DNA of 64,000 bases from Podarcis liolepis (GCA_965112155.1 OZ218105.1), one strand, 5' to 3'. Positions 37,173-50,915 are shown, numbered from the stretch's first letter. Made by a program: numbers and translations. The notes: generated from the letters alone by a model not told the origin.

Positions 37173-40100
37173 CCACTTTTAGACAGACGTATCATCATCT
37201 CAGTTCTTTTCAGGTGGAAAATAGTTGGGCCTAATCTCCCACTTCCTTTTTACCCTACTATGACACGTCCCACTTCCTTCAAAACTATCTCACTTTTTCC
37301 TCCCGCTTTGAAACAACTGTCAAAAACATCCCATATCCTATTTTCTTTTGCTTTGAAAATATCCCTCTTTCTTCAGAAACGTTGTTCTTCTCTTTCTTTT
37401 CCCCACTTTGGGCACTGCATGTGTTTCTATGCAGATACTATCTTCCACTGCTGGTGATGCTGTTCGGATGATGAAGTAGCAAGTAAAACAGAAGTAAAGG
37501 GGATAATTTCCAGTAATCTCCACATGTTAAACATAATATGTAGATTGGCCCTTACAATGTAGGAGATGCTTTAATAATTGAAACAACTGATATTTATCAC
37601 ATAAATGGATTCCCTGATTTGATAAAGTTTGGCCTGAATACACCTGCTGTTTTACATTAACAGCTAGCTAAGAAGTGCAGTTTATCTTATGTGCCATCAG
37701 TAATGAAATGTTTCTCAAATATTTCCCACATAAAATTGATAAGGTACCATTATCCTCTAATCTGTAGTGGCTTTAGTACACAAAAAAATTAATAGGCAAA
37801 CTGGGCCACAGTAGATTAAGATACCATGCTTCACACCTAGTTGAACAGGTAAAGGTGTATGTATGTGTGCATGTGCAACAGAGATTTCACACCTTTTAGA
37901 CTAGTCTTTAATCCTCCACCCTGGATGATGAGTATGCTATAGAGGGATGTGTTCATGGGTATATAATACATGTTATAGTATCCCTGTCTATTCTTTTCCT
38001 ATACACTCATCAAGGATTATGTTGACAAAGGGAGGGAATGCAATTACAAAAGTCCCCAGCCAACACCAGTCCTTACAATCATTTATTAAAAGACTTTCCA
38101 CACAAACCTTAACTGCCAAGGAAATTTTTGTTCTACTGTATTGGTATCTGTACATGTCCTCAGATACTCACTCCATCTCCACCCGCAGCCTATGCTTTAA
38201 ATAACTTCAGGTGTTGTGCTCTATTCATGCAGAAGTCCTATCAGAGATTCCTGACAGCACTTTCTAAGTGTTCCTATAATATGTATTCTTGTAGTAGAAG
38301 CCAGTGGAGCTGCACTGCTCTCCCACCTTCCCAATCCCACATATCTATGCCTCATATCAAGAGGGGGGGAGGCAAGGCAATGGTTTGATGGGGTCCGGGG
38401 CCAGGGGCAGATCTAATCCAATATTCCTGTGCTGTACTCGCACCAAGCTCCTGCTACCTTGCTCCTCTCTCTCTTGGTAAGTGATAGGAACACACATCAT
38501 TGGAAAGATAGGACTGCAGGCTTTGTTACAGGTATGAGTACAAATTTTAATATATGAACTATTGCAGGGCTTCTCAAACTTTTTGTCCCCAGAGCCCAGC
38601 TGAGACAGCTAAAAATTACTGAGGCCCACCAGTCACAAAAGGATGGTGCAGGGACAGTCAGTCCCAAGATGAGGCAGAGTTTGACATACTCGGCTTGCAT
38701 TTAAGGACATAATTTTCTACTGATATCTAATTCGTCTTTAGAAATTTCTAAGTTCTTTGCTACAGCGTTTTCCTAGTGGCAAGGAGTATCATAGCTCAGG
38801 CTTCCACAACTTAAACACAGACATTTGCTGTGGAGGTATTGTGACTCAGCCTTCCCATTCCTGGCAGAATTTACTAGAAGCTCTAAGGATAAAATATTTT
38901 CTTTTATATTTTTCCCTTCCTGCACTGATATGTCCCTCAACCATTTTTACCCATCTCCTATAATATATTCTCCCATTCTCCTTTCACACTCAGGTTGTAC
39001 TCTATTCCATTCTCCCCACAACCAGCCAGTTTCTTTCAGCCTTCCTCCCTGGTACTTTAAATTCACATCTTCCTTCTATAAGAGTTTTCCTTTCTTATCC
39101 TCCTTTTCCATTCTCTGTTTAATAAAGATGATTATATTAACCCTTTATCTCATTTTTTTCACCTCCTCTGGCCCTTTCCTCTCAGAAGAAGGAGACCTTC
39201 TTTTCCCCTGAACAAATCTGTTTCTTGGTCACCTTTACTCTGGTCAAGGAGTCACTAGTGCCGGTACTGGTCCAGCCAAAAGACTGGCAAGACTAGGGAG
39301 CGGGGAAGGCAGGCAAGGAGGCCATGAGCAGGCTGTGATAAAGAGGCCCACCTCAAAGTCACCCAAGGCCCTTTTGAGAGACACAGAACTATGACATATG
39401 TATATCATTAACATGGATGTTTTATTGTTTTGTTTCAAATGCTGTAAACTACTTGTTTTGGAAAAGGCAGTATAAAAATCTTGAAAATATACAAGTCCCT
39501 AAATATTATGGGTACAGTCCAGCCAGAGATTTCTGTGTCATTGATTTCATTGTGAGAATCAACTGTGTGCTTAACTGTCTTATCATTGAAATTAGTTGCA
39601 CCCAAAATTGCTTACACTAGAATGGGATGTGTCCTATATGTGCATTCATGCATTTTGTGGGTACAGATGCAAGTTCATGCATAGAGGTAAGCATATACTT
39701 ACGTGTATATTCTATTACTAATCTAAAATAACAATGTCAGAAGGCTATTAAGATGACTGGGTAAATTTAATAATTCATAAATAATTTAAATTTAAAAACT
39801 CTAATATTGCATCAACATTTTTAATACAAGAGAAAATTAGTGCTGAAATATAGTTTTGCTTTTATACTCAGTACTTGTTTATAGTTTTTCCCTGATACTG
39901 GGGTCATTCATTTGAGCCTTTAATTTTTCCCATAGTAAATGGGAATAATTCACTTTTTGAAGGGTGATGGTGTATGTTCTGTATTAAAACACACAGAGTT
40001 GTTGCTAGGCTTCTTTTTTTTTTAACATGAATGCTGAATTGTGAAGTTGCTTCAGCAGCCGGGTGCTAAACATAAGCCTATGAAGCAATACACCAGAGAG

Positions 40101-40499
40101 GAGCACAGAAATATCAGAATCTCATAGGTATACATTATTTTGCTCACTAACCAAGCAAACAAGAACCTATTGCAACCCATTATAAGCACACATCAAACAA
40201 CAAACTTGTCATAGAAATGAGAGTTCATTCCAGCTATTGAACAAAACTATTGATGAAACTGGGTAGGATTTTCAAAAGGAATTAAATCTTTTGGAGAGCT
40301 TCAAAAATAAAGACCCTGGAATAAGCAGAGAAAAGCTCTGTTGCATGCAACAGTGATCTCTTTTTTTTGTATGTTCCATCTGTACTGTTTAAGGTACTCC
40401 ACATTGAATTATATAATCAAGACTATGTCTCATCTGCAATTCTATACTTGGGGAAATAGTCCTCGGCTACTAAAACATGATCTAAAATAAGTAGGATTT

Positions 40500-40862
40500 A
40501 AAGGTAACGGTACCCCTGCCCGTGCGGGCCAGTCGTGTCCGACTCTAGGGTTGTGCGCCCATCTCACTTAAGAGGCCGAGGGCCAGCACTGTCCGGAGAC
40601 ACTTCCGGGTCACGTTGCCAGTGTGACAAAGCTGCTCTGGCGAGCCAGCACCAGCGCAGCACACGGAAACGCCGTTTACCTTCCCGCTATAAAGCAGTAC
40701 CTATTTATCTACTTGCACTTAAGAGTGCTTTCGAACTGCTAGGTGGGCAGGAGCTGGGACTGAAAGATGGGAGCTCACCCTGCCGCGGGGATTCGAACCG
40801 CCGACCATGCGATCGGCAAGCCCTAGGTGCTGAGGTTTTACCCACAGCGCCACCCGCATCCC
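40500..40862 (-). mobile_element. Sauria SINE, second subfamily
   Basis: Near-identical to 21139-21500. Confidence 0.92.
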
Positions 40863-43800
40863 TTTAATTGCTGGTAAATTGGTAAATTGATTATAGCACT
40901 CATACTAAAAAACCCCACACACATTCTGAATAGAGTGTAAATAGAGACTGTTTTCTTAAGGATTTAGTTAAATTGACCAACATGCCCCTTTTGGGATTTA
41001 TTTATTTTTTAATTCATGTGTGCAAAGTCCAATAATATTGAAGAAGTGTTCAGTATCACAATAGACCAAGGATTGAAGTGCCTCGTAAAAATACACCCTA
41101 GAGGGCTAATTTACACAGTGATGTACATTACATAGCCTACTGTTATACTTACCCTACTTCTCTGAGCAGTGAGAGAGGTTTCTTGGGTGTGGCATTTACC
41201 TAGGCTTGGTTTCCTTTGTATAGTAGTCATTTGAGCCTTTTGGCCTTTAATGATATTTGAATTTATTTGCAAAAATATAAGTTTAACACAGCTGGAGACA
41301 AATAGCTGAAACATTACAGCACCAAAATCTGTTGCCCTATATCAGATCTCCAGAGAGTCAGCCGATACCCCAAAATGTTTATGTAACTGACAGAAACCCA
41401 AGGCAGCACTCCCTCCCTTTCTCTGTCACTCTACAATTCAAAAATAGCAAATTAAGTAAGTAGGGAAAATATGCCTTTCTATCCCAGTTAGAAATTTTTG
41501 GGAAGCAACCAGCTAGCAATCTCCCTAGCAAAATATGTACCTGAAAACCTGTCACCAAATACTGGGAATTTTCAGCATCTTCAAAGCCTTCTCTTATCTA
41601 GACCTCAGATTTTACAACCCCATCATCTAGTATGCCCAATACTAGTGGTGATTAAACTCCCCTTGGCTTGATTTCTCTCATTGGGTTCAGCAAAGCAAAC
41701 TATTACTCCCAAAATGGAAATTAGCTTGTTCTTCCCTGAGCCCAATTCTGAAATTCAGATCCCATCATGTTTCTGTGATGCAATCAGTGAAAGCCTCACT
41801 TTATCCTGAGAGATCCTGCCCTGCCACACCTTAACTTCCCACTAGCCCAATTATGGTGAAGAAGCCATTCTGTGGAGCCTCCCTCCTTTCCTTGGACCTT
41901 GAACTCTGCAGAAAGAGTGTATCAGGTAATTTCCAGGGAACTCCACTGTCGGTATGTTACAGAAACACCCTTTAAATCTATGTTTACTGGGATACCTGGC
42001 ACCTGACTGCTGTTGCAGTTACATAGGCACCAGATAAGATGATAGGTTCACAGTGATACCTCCTTACTGTTGCTGAGAAGAGAAGTAATGCTGGAACAGA
42101 GTTCAGGGGCTCACAGGGGATTGGGGGATTAATGGGGTATTAAAGTCCCTACCAAGCTCTGTTGGTCCAAATTTTGGAATTGGGCTTGTGAAAAAAACAA
42201 GCTATTCTCCAGTTTGGGGGATAATACCTTAATTTGCCAGGCCAAGTTCTGAACTGCATGAAGATTTATATGCAAAGGTTTAGATGATTAAACAAACAAC
42301 TTTGCTTAGAAAAAGAATGCATTTACACAAGGATGTTCATCTCCCAATAAGTGCAAATTTAAATGAATGAAATCTGAAATGGCTCTCAGAGATCAAATAC
42401 CACAGACAGAATTTTCCCATTACCCCAAGGACCTTTCAAATGGTGGCAGGACACACTGTACAGTGGTAATCATCAAGTGTTGATAATTCATTGATAAAAC
42501 ATCAATATGTGTTTCCCCCCTAGTCTAAAATTTTACATAATCAATCATTTATACCATCCCAGGAGTAGAGATATGTCATAAAGTACCCAAATGTGGACAG
42601 GAACTAGACTAGTTTTTTCCAATTGTGTTGTCTCCCAAGCAAGAAGTCAGAATTATATTCTACAGTTGGATTATCTAGGCTCATAATAGTTTATTCTGAG
42701 GTTCTCTCCACTTCACCTAGAGCTTTTTATCTGCATTACCCTTGGGAAATTTTGCTGTCTTGTTTCACATGTCACACTTTTTTTGACTGGCATGAACTTG
42801 CTCCAGCAGAACACATTGTTTAAAAAATAGCTAGCTCTTGTGCACACTGTCATAGCTGACCTATTTTTGTAGAATATAATGGAAACAACTGTGTACAGTA
42901 ATTTAATTCAGGAATCCCTCCCCCCGAAAACATATTCAATATGTGACACACTGTTAATGTAGACTTTGCATTTAAATTGGCATTCTCTTTTAAAGACCAA
43001 ACAGTTAAGAGATTTTTGCAACGTTCACTCCACGTCATAATAAAGAATAATTAAGAACCATATGAAGATTAGAGCGGCACATTTTATGTTGTCACATCTG
43101 GGTGCAAATTAGTAATTATATCAATTGTTAAAACCACAATGTGGAAAGATTCATTTTTTCCAAGTTATTTTGTTTTTTCTCATGCGAAACACTTCAAAAC
43201 TACTCTGTGAAAATCAGACTTATTCAGTTTTCTTTGCAAATTTCCACCATTTCTAAGTTATTTGAAGTTCAGATGCATTTTGTGGGGAAGAGCCAAAATG
43301 TATTCAATCATATTATGTGCTGCAGATGAACCTTCATTGTGGCATGCTAGAATTTTTGTTTATGTACCATACAATGCCTCCTGTTTAATTATACCCGTGA
43401 CTGAAGTCTCTGAGGTCTCCATGTGAATGAAAAGCTGAAAGCCGTGTATGATGATAGGTATCTTTAGGGATGTAGGATTTATGTGAGTAAAGTTGTATTT
43501 AAATAAGTAGGAGTTCTGACTGCATTTGTATTGCAGAATTCGGCTTCTAAAATTTTGGCTTGCTGCAGGATTGCAATAAACACCTTGTGAAGCAATTAGA
43601 TTGCACATCATTTTTTTAAGTGATTGGTGGAGGACACTGAAATTAGTGTTTAAAAGAGTAAAATAAAATCGTGTTTAAAAGAAATGTATGAAAATAAATC
43701 CTGACAGAATCCTCAGCAATATAAAATGCATAGTTTAGTACTTAATAGCCTGGTCCTCTACATCTGCTATCAGTGTTTTTTGCCACTGGAAATTAAGCAG

Positions 43801-45300
43801 CATCCTATGCTTAGTTCATAGTAGTATCATTTGTACTTAAGAGAAAAATACAAGAATTTGTAAACATTTCCACTTTGTGTAATTGTGTCAGTCGTGCTGT
43901 TATAGCAAGAGTAGTCAGTGTTGGGTCCCCATAATATTACTTAGATAAATAAAACAAGCACAGGGTATTAGGTCCACTATGTACATAGGTTCTAATATGT
44001 CTTTCCATGCAAAATTCTAGCAATTTCCTTCTTAGTGTAGGAGTAGCCAAAGAATGGCAGCTTCCAGGCAAAAAATGTCATGTCAAAACAGTCTTTGCTT
44101 TGCTGCTTCCCCCGCTAAATGCTGGAATCAAGAAAACATGGGATGAATAATTGGCAGAATCACTGTCTGTGGGAATTGAAGGCTTGGCAGTACAGTAATG
44201 AGAAACTGCAGCAGCACATTCACTACCTAGGGATTGCTGAGGGAGGGAGAACTGTGATGGAGGACTGGGACGGCTATGAGCAGAGGAAAGGAGCTATGGG
44301 TAGTGGCTATGCAAAGGGAGATACAGTGGCAGAAGCTGTGGGGGTGTGCAAATGGTTGAGGTAGATGCTGTAGCAACAGAGCCTGTGGTTTTCACCTTAA
44401 TAATACTTTAGCCTTAGAAGAACCTTTGCCTGTTATTGTTGGGTTAGTCATAACACTCAGAATTAACATATCCATATATGTGAGCTTTGGGATCACCTGC
44501 CAAAATTATTATTTAAGTCTTGGGCAATATATTTTGCACCATAAGGAACAGTCCTGTTTTATGTTTAAAATATCATTCCCAAAGTCCAATGGACTGCTTT
44601 TCCTTACAGTAGCTCCCGACAGTTCAGTAAACATATTTTTGTGTACATCTGACACAGATGTATCTCAGATGTATCATTGAAAAGATATTGATATGGGAGT
44701 TAAAAATCATGCGATTAAAAAACAATTAATGACTTATTTTTACTATTCTCACTGCCCACGTACACAATGGACAAATACCCAAGAGGAAGAAAATTGTGTT
44801 TTCTTTTTTTTTAAAGAAAACCAATATGAACAGATTCATCCATCCCTGTGTACAAGAGTCCAAAGGAACTCTTCCACCAGAACCTCATTTATTTAGACAC
44901 TGCCAGTGTACCCTTCTTGTTACTCTTATGAGAGTGAACAGTTATCCCTGGGTGGAGTTGCTTATCATTTCAGCCTCTTACAGGCATACCTCTTGTAGGC
45001 TTACTGAATTTTTTTCTGCAAGAAGGTTAAACTGGATTCCTTTCAGCTCTCTAGGTGACTATTCCAGAATTGGCCGTCCAAGAAGCAAGGTAACCTCCTT
45101 TGTGTGGGAAAAATAGGTGGTGTTATGGGTCCTACAAGCCCAAAGAGACTTACAGGGCCTTTTTCTTTTCCTCTGGTCATAAGTTTTTCTGCCCTGGGTT
45201 TCTCTCAATGAGTTGTAATAATTAGTTGAGTTGTTTAGTAGATGTCTGGTAGGTGCTGCTGTTCTCACACAGACATTCTCCACCTGCAGCTCTCTACACT

Positions 45301-45506
45301 CAGAGCTTTCCAAACTGTGTGTCACGACACGATAGTGTGTAGGCCGCAGTGTGTAAGTGTGTCGCATGAATGCTCCCCACGGTCCTCCTGGGGCTGGAAA
45401 GGGATTAGTTTAACCTCCGGTTTGCTTGTAAAATTGGATTACTGTGCCATGAAATGATGCATGTCTGAAAAGTGTTCCACCAACATGAAAAGTTTAGAAA
45501 GCTCTG
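45301..45506. mobile_element. hAT-type MITE
   Basis: TIR CAGAGCTTTCCAAACT / AGTTTAGAAAGCTCTG (15 of 16 match); TSD unclear. Confidence 0.75.
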
Positions 45507-45828
45507 CTCTATGGTCTACTGTTTTAAGCTTGCATAGAGTCAAATGACCTGTTCAAAAATATGATACAGTGTTGCCCTCAAGAAGGGTGATTATGTTACT
45601 TAGAAAGAGTGTTTTAGGTGCAAATGTTGCCCACCTCCCTCAGTAAGGCTAATAGGGAAGGCTAAGCTAGAACCATCTCCCTAAGAAACTAGCTTTCAGC
45701 TGATAATATTTTAATGTGGGAGAGCATTCAAATACAGATTCCCACCCCTACCTGCAAAATGAAGTAGTAAATCCGAGTAGGGCTATACTACACATTTCTA
45801 AACTTACCATCCAGCTTTTCATCTAAAA

Positions 45829-45964
45829 TAGTGTTTCCCAAACTTGGGTCTCCTGCTGATTTTCGATTATGACTCCCATCATCCCTAGATAGCAAGACCA
45901 GTGGTTAGGGATGATGAGAATTGTAGTCCGAAAACAGCTGGAGACCCAAGTTTGGGAAACACTG
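45829..45964. mobile_element. Palindromic hAT-type MITE (136 bp)
   Basis: Arms AGTGTTTCCCAAACTTGGGTCTCC / GGAGACCCAAGTTTGGGAAACACT; 8-bp TSD ATCTAAAA / ATGTAAAA. Confidence 0.85.
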
Positions 45965-47176
45965 ATGTAAAAGATGCAAAGTTCATGTAACTTTCAGAAC
46001 AGCCACATTCCTTAAATTGAATGGAGAGTTCACAGAGATAGAGAACCTTTTGCACATTTATGCATGTTGTTCCATTACTGAGCTACAATTCTGGCCTTGC
46101 CTATTCAGTGATTGGCATTATTTTACATAAACATTTCAGTAAATTTTGCTTAAACCATATCTTAAAGTAGGAGCTCTGTCCATTAGTAATATCATTCACA
46201 GGAGAATAATCAGAACAATGTAAGATAATATAGTAATTTGGAAATTTGTACCTATTTAAGAAATACATACAGCAAATTACCAAGATCTGAAACTAAGCAT
46301 GCAGTTCTATAGCAAAATTGTGATGTTGCATGTGTATTTTATGATTTGAAAAAGCAGTGTTAAGAGATGCAAAAACATTTCAATATTTACATTTTTTTTG
46401 TAACCCTTAACAGTTTTATATTGTATTTTGGAGTGTTTTATTTTGACTGCTATTGAGATGACAATACTACCATTATGCAAAAAAGGATTGGATAAGTATG
46501 GTGTTTTCAAAAAGAATGTTTATATAAATAGAACTAAATATAGAGATTTGTGAAGAAATTATAATTTGTTTCTGTACCACTGGCAAATAAACAGACCACA
46601 GGCAATAATTCAGGGCTAGTGATGAACTTAAATTGAGAAATAAGAAGACAAAAATTCTCAGTTTAAACTGTACAAAATTAATTGCAGCAATTCTTATACA
46701 CAACACTGGGTTTAATAACTACTTCTGTACACTAACTTCTCCAGTGTTATCAGCTTTGGCAATGCCCACCAACCGCTGTAGGCTGGGGGAGCTCTTGGAT
46801 ATATTCCCCATCGAAAAAGTGGCAACTATCCGCTGGGTGAGGTGCATACTTGTATATATCTTTTAAGCTTTGTTTACTAAATATAAATCAAATAAACATG
46901 AAAAATCATATCTCCATTGATTTTAGGGCAATGGATTGTAACCGCTGTGTAAGTGAGGAGACGCTTGTATATGTGTTCTTAGAAGTAAGCCCCGCCCTAA
47001 GTAAATTAAAAAATGTTACACATTAATACCTGATTTTGAATACTGGAATTCAATTTTATTTATAAATTAACATAAATCAGTGTCTTTGGATGAACTGTAA
47101 TCTTGCTGGCATGATCAATTTTGCTGATTAGCTACAAAGTGGATGAAATAAAGTTGTAATTTAGGCAGCCCATATT

Positions 47177-47252
47177 GTTGTTGTTTAGTCGTTTAGTCGT
47201 GTCCGACTCTTTGTGACCCCATGGACCAGAGCACGCCAGGCACTCCTGTCTT
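47177..47252 (-). mobile_element. BovB (RTE) LINE extreme 3' end, 76 bp
   Basis: Minus strand GTCCATGGGGTCACAAAGAGTCGGACACGACTAAACGACTAAAC(AAC)n; 11-bp TSD CAGCCCATATT (47166-47176 / 47253-47263). Confidence 0.88.
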
Positions 47253-47396
47253 CAGCCCATATTAGAAAAAATATTATTCCTTTTCGTGTTCATATTAGAA
47301 ACACTGATGACTTTCATGAAAGCATTAAAGTGTTTTCTGGAAAATACATGAAACAAAGTGAGTGCATTCAAATTAACTCTGAAAACTGATTTTAAA

Positions 47397-48735
47397 AGGA
47401 TTCAAGAGGACTGTCATGCACACTTTGCCTTCTCCATCAAAGTAGTTCTTGAAGAGATGGGTTAGTTTAGAGTCTTGGTAAGGGACCATCTTATTGGTCC
47501 CATAAGTTTGATGCTCCCACAGAGCTTCAATACAGGTCCTCAGCATCATTAGGGTCTGATTAATATTCCATGCTTCCCGTAGTCTGTTCCCTTCCGCTTT
47601 GGTTCTGTTTGTTTTCCCACTCCCTGCTAAGTTAACCAAATATAACTGGCTCAAGGTTATCAGCTCTCTGTCCTGTAGAACATTATCCCCACTGGCATCA
47701 AGTGGCCCCTGCGGGCCAGTTTGATCAGGAACACACTATGGGAACGGCTGGATTCATGATTGAGTTGAGTGTTTGCAATGTGCCTCTTCTTTTGCCCTCT
47801 CCAGAAGACTTCAAAAGCTTCCTCCGTGGATTTGACTCCAACCTCCATGCATCCTGCAATGTACATGTTAAGGTTCTGATCCTTGTGGAAAATTTGGAAC
47901 TGGGAAAGTTTTGGTTTGATGGGGTCGAAGGGGCCTTCATCCAAAAAGTCATAGATGTAGTTGTTATAGATCTCAATGTTGGAGACAAACACACTGTAAA
48001 CATTATTTTCATCAACTTCTTCTACTTTGCAGTTGTCTTGGACATTGATCATATCAGTTATTTCAGGGTCAATTTGCCACCAGTTGCTAGATGGAGTTTT
48101 TGGAGTCTGAAAAGCTTCTAGTTTCTGACGTTCAAGTAAAGCATCAACATCACACTGCACCTCAATCCTATTCTTATCTTCCAGCTTGAACACATATTGT
48201 TTGGCCTGCAGAGATCCTATGCTGTTGAAGATCATGTCTAAGCAGCAAGGAAGCAGGCCACCGCCACCAGGAGAACCAGTCATGGTGTGGGTTTTCCCAC
48301 TTCCAGTGACACCGTATGTAAAAGGGAGACCATTTCCCCCATGAATCAGATCATCCGCTAGAGGTTTAGCAACGTCAAACACATGTCTCTGAGACCCGCC
48401 AACATTAAAAACCTCTTTGAATGAATATTGAACCTCCTTATACATACTCCCCATTGCGGAAAATTCGGTATCCATCTGGTGGGTGAACCTTGACTGTTGT
48501 AGTATTGATCACTTTTATGCAGCATTCTTGGTCTGGCACACTGACTGGGCGCAGCCTGCAGTATACCCCAATAAGGTCCTTCAGACTTCCTGTATCCATT
48601 TTTCTGCCTAGGCTTCCTTGAGGTTTTGGTTTTTGCGGCCTCCTTCATCCCGCCGAGGCCGCCCCACTCGTCTTTCCTTGCTGTCCTCTTGGTGAAGGTT
48701 CGATTTGAACGTTCCCTCCCTACTCTGGCTTTCCT
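47397..48735 (-). pseudogene. KIF23: Processed pseudogene of KIF23 (MKLP1, kinesin-6): 5'UTR plus most of the motor domain, 3'-truncated
   Basis: Intronless; ATG at 48648; [73 protein letters not shown]; at least three frameshifts (about 48595, 48445, 47710); switch II DLAGSE changed to NLAGSG; 5' boundary approximate. Confidence 0.95.
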
Positions 48736-50467
48736 GAGATCGTATAAGTCTTTCAGATCATGTGTGTGATTCAAGACGAGTTGTTTTTAAAGTGGTTGAT
48801 ACACAACAATATAGCAGCCTGAGTCAAGATGCTTATACTGTCAGAGTGAAAGAAGTGCAAGAAAGGATATTCCCACCTTGAGTTGTGAGCTGGCTTTAGT
48901 ATGAAGATCCTGGCCTGTATCAAGCCCAGGTTCCTCATTACATCTTAACTGGGGAGCTAATGTCAAGTCAACAAACCAGGAAAATGAAACAAGATCATAT
49001 TCGGATTTATGAAACTTCAAACAGTCATCCAAACCAGGCTGCCGCGTTGTTGTTTTTTTTAATTTTACCCTCATGTGTGCTGGTAACACCTCCCCTCCCT
49101 CAATCAGTGGGTCTGCACAGGTGTAACTAAAGCTTGATTTTGGACTGTGTTCTCTCTGCGAAAATCTCATACTTAATCCTCTGTAATCTAAATCTTTGCT
49201 AAAAATAGATTTTGGAGGAATAGAGTAGTGGTTGCTTCTACATGCAGATGACAGGAAATGGCATTATCTGCTAAGATGGCTGATATGGTGATTAGTTTTA
49301 GCATTAGCATAAGTTTAAAGGATTCCTTCCAAAATTTGTATGAGAATATACAGTTTGGCAGAAACTCTTGGCCTACAAAAATAAGTCGCGTTTCTTAGGG
49401 AAAGTGACATCACATACAACAAAATTTATGTGCAAGGACATGTTCACTTTTGCTTCTCACAGGTATGTTAAAAATGCCTATCTTAACAGAAAGCGTCTGC
49501 TGAAGGTGAAGCGGAATGTTTTTTGGCCAGGTGCAACTAGGTGGCTTATACTCCTTTAACCGATCTCAGCAGATTCAAGGCCAGCAGGAAAAGCTGTCAT
49601 GGAAACTTCACTTGCAGCCGTAGGCTATTTGCCTTTTTTTTTTTTGCATTATTTATCATTTTATTTGTATGCTGCCCTTCCATAGTTAAAACCATGCACA
49701 AGGCGGTTTACAACATGAACAAAATTGCATAATTACAAACATAACAAAAGTTGTCATAAAAATAAATAAAACATCAAAATGATTTCCACATAAGATCTAG
49801 GATAAAGATACAAAAAATAATTTAAATAACTGCAACAATGCCCTCCTTCCAACCAAACCCTCTAAACAGTACCCCACTTTAATGGATTTTAGAAGCAAAT
49901 ACAAAGCCTTAAGAAAGCTAAATTGTGTGATATAGTATTTAGTGACCTGGCTGCTCTTTAGTGATGTGGATTTTCTGGGGGAAAAAATGAACTGGAACAT
50001 TTTCTCAGGGGAAAGCCTCATATTAGACTGATTTGCCTATGGAAATTTCTATCAGATTTTTTTTTTTTTTTGCAGTGGAAAATGTTGTGATGTCCTAGGG
50101 AATGATCTAATTTACCATGTTTATTTAGTAAATTAAACTAAGGAAGTACCCCATATTAATTTATTGTTCCAATACAGCTCAAATGTAAGGACAGTGACCT
50201 GGATTCAGTTAACCTATTGTGCTAGCAGAAACCAGCACAAAGGCTTCTGCTAGTGCAATGGGCCTTTCCTCCCATGTGCCCCTGCACTTCCTTCAAATCT
50301 GCTCTGCTTCTTTGAAATATCTTTTTAAAAATGTAAATTTGGAAGTGAGGATTCTGTATCCTGAAGCAGGCTTCCAAACATGGATTCTATCTCTGCACTG
50401 AGAATTACATATGTAGGGAGAGCATTGGGTGTGCACTGCATGACAGTTACACACTCACAGGCAAATA

Positions 50468-50709
50468 CAGTGGTACCTCGGGTTAAGTACTTAATTCGTT
50501 CCGGAGGTCCGTTCTTAACCTGAAACTGTTCTTAACCTGAAGCACCACTTTAGCTAATGGGGCCTCCCGCTGCCGCCACGCCGCCGGAGCACGATTTCTG
50601 TTCTCATCCTGAAACAAAGTTCTTAACCCAAGGTACTATTTCTGGGTTAGCAGAGTCTGTAACCTGAAGCGTCTGTAACCTGAAGCGTATGTAACCCGAG
50701 GTACCACTG
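50468..50709. mobile_element. Tc1/mariner-type MITE, family C, opposite orientation, with a 16-bp internal tandem duplication
   Basis: TA|CAGTGGTACCTCGGGTTA ... TAACCCGAGGTACCACTG|TA; (TCTGTAACCTGAAGCG)x2. Confidence 0.92.
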
Positions 50710-50772
50710 TAGTCCACGATGGCTATACTTTGCATGACAGAAATAGGCAATATACTTTGAAATACTTGTAGC

Positions 50773-50915
50773 TGGAAAGCACAAGAGGGGAGAGTGTTCT
50801 TATGCTCAGGTCCCGCTTTCAGGCTTCCCATGTGCATCTGCTTGACCACTGTGAGACTAGCATGCGGGACTATATTGCCCACTGACCTAATCCGGCAGGG
50901 CTATTCTTACATTCA
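50773..50915 (+). mobile_element. Degenerate CR1-type 3' fragment
   Basis: gcatctgcttgaccactgtgaga...gggacta...ctgacctaatcc..cagggct.ttctta terminus. Confidence 0.6.

Noticed and set aside
47660-48475. 271-aa kinesin ORF as a functional retrogene
   Set aside because: Bounded by frameshifts, lacks switch II, no native start, CpG-decay substitutions
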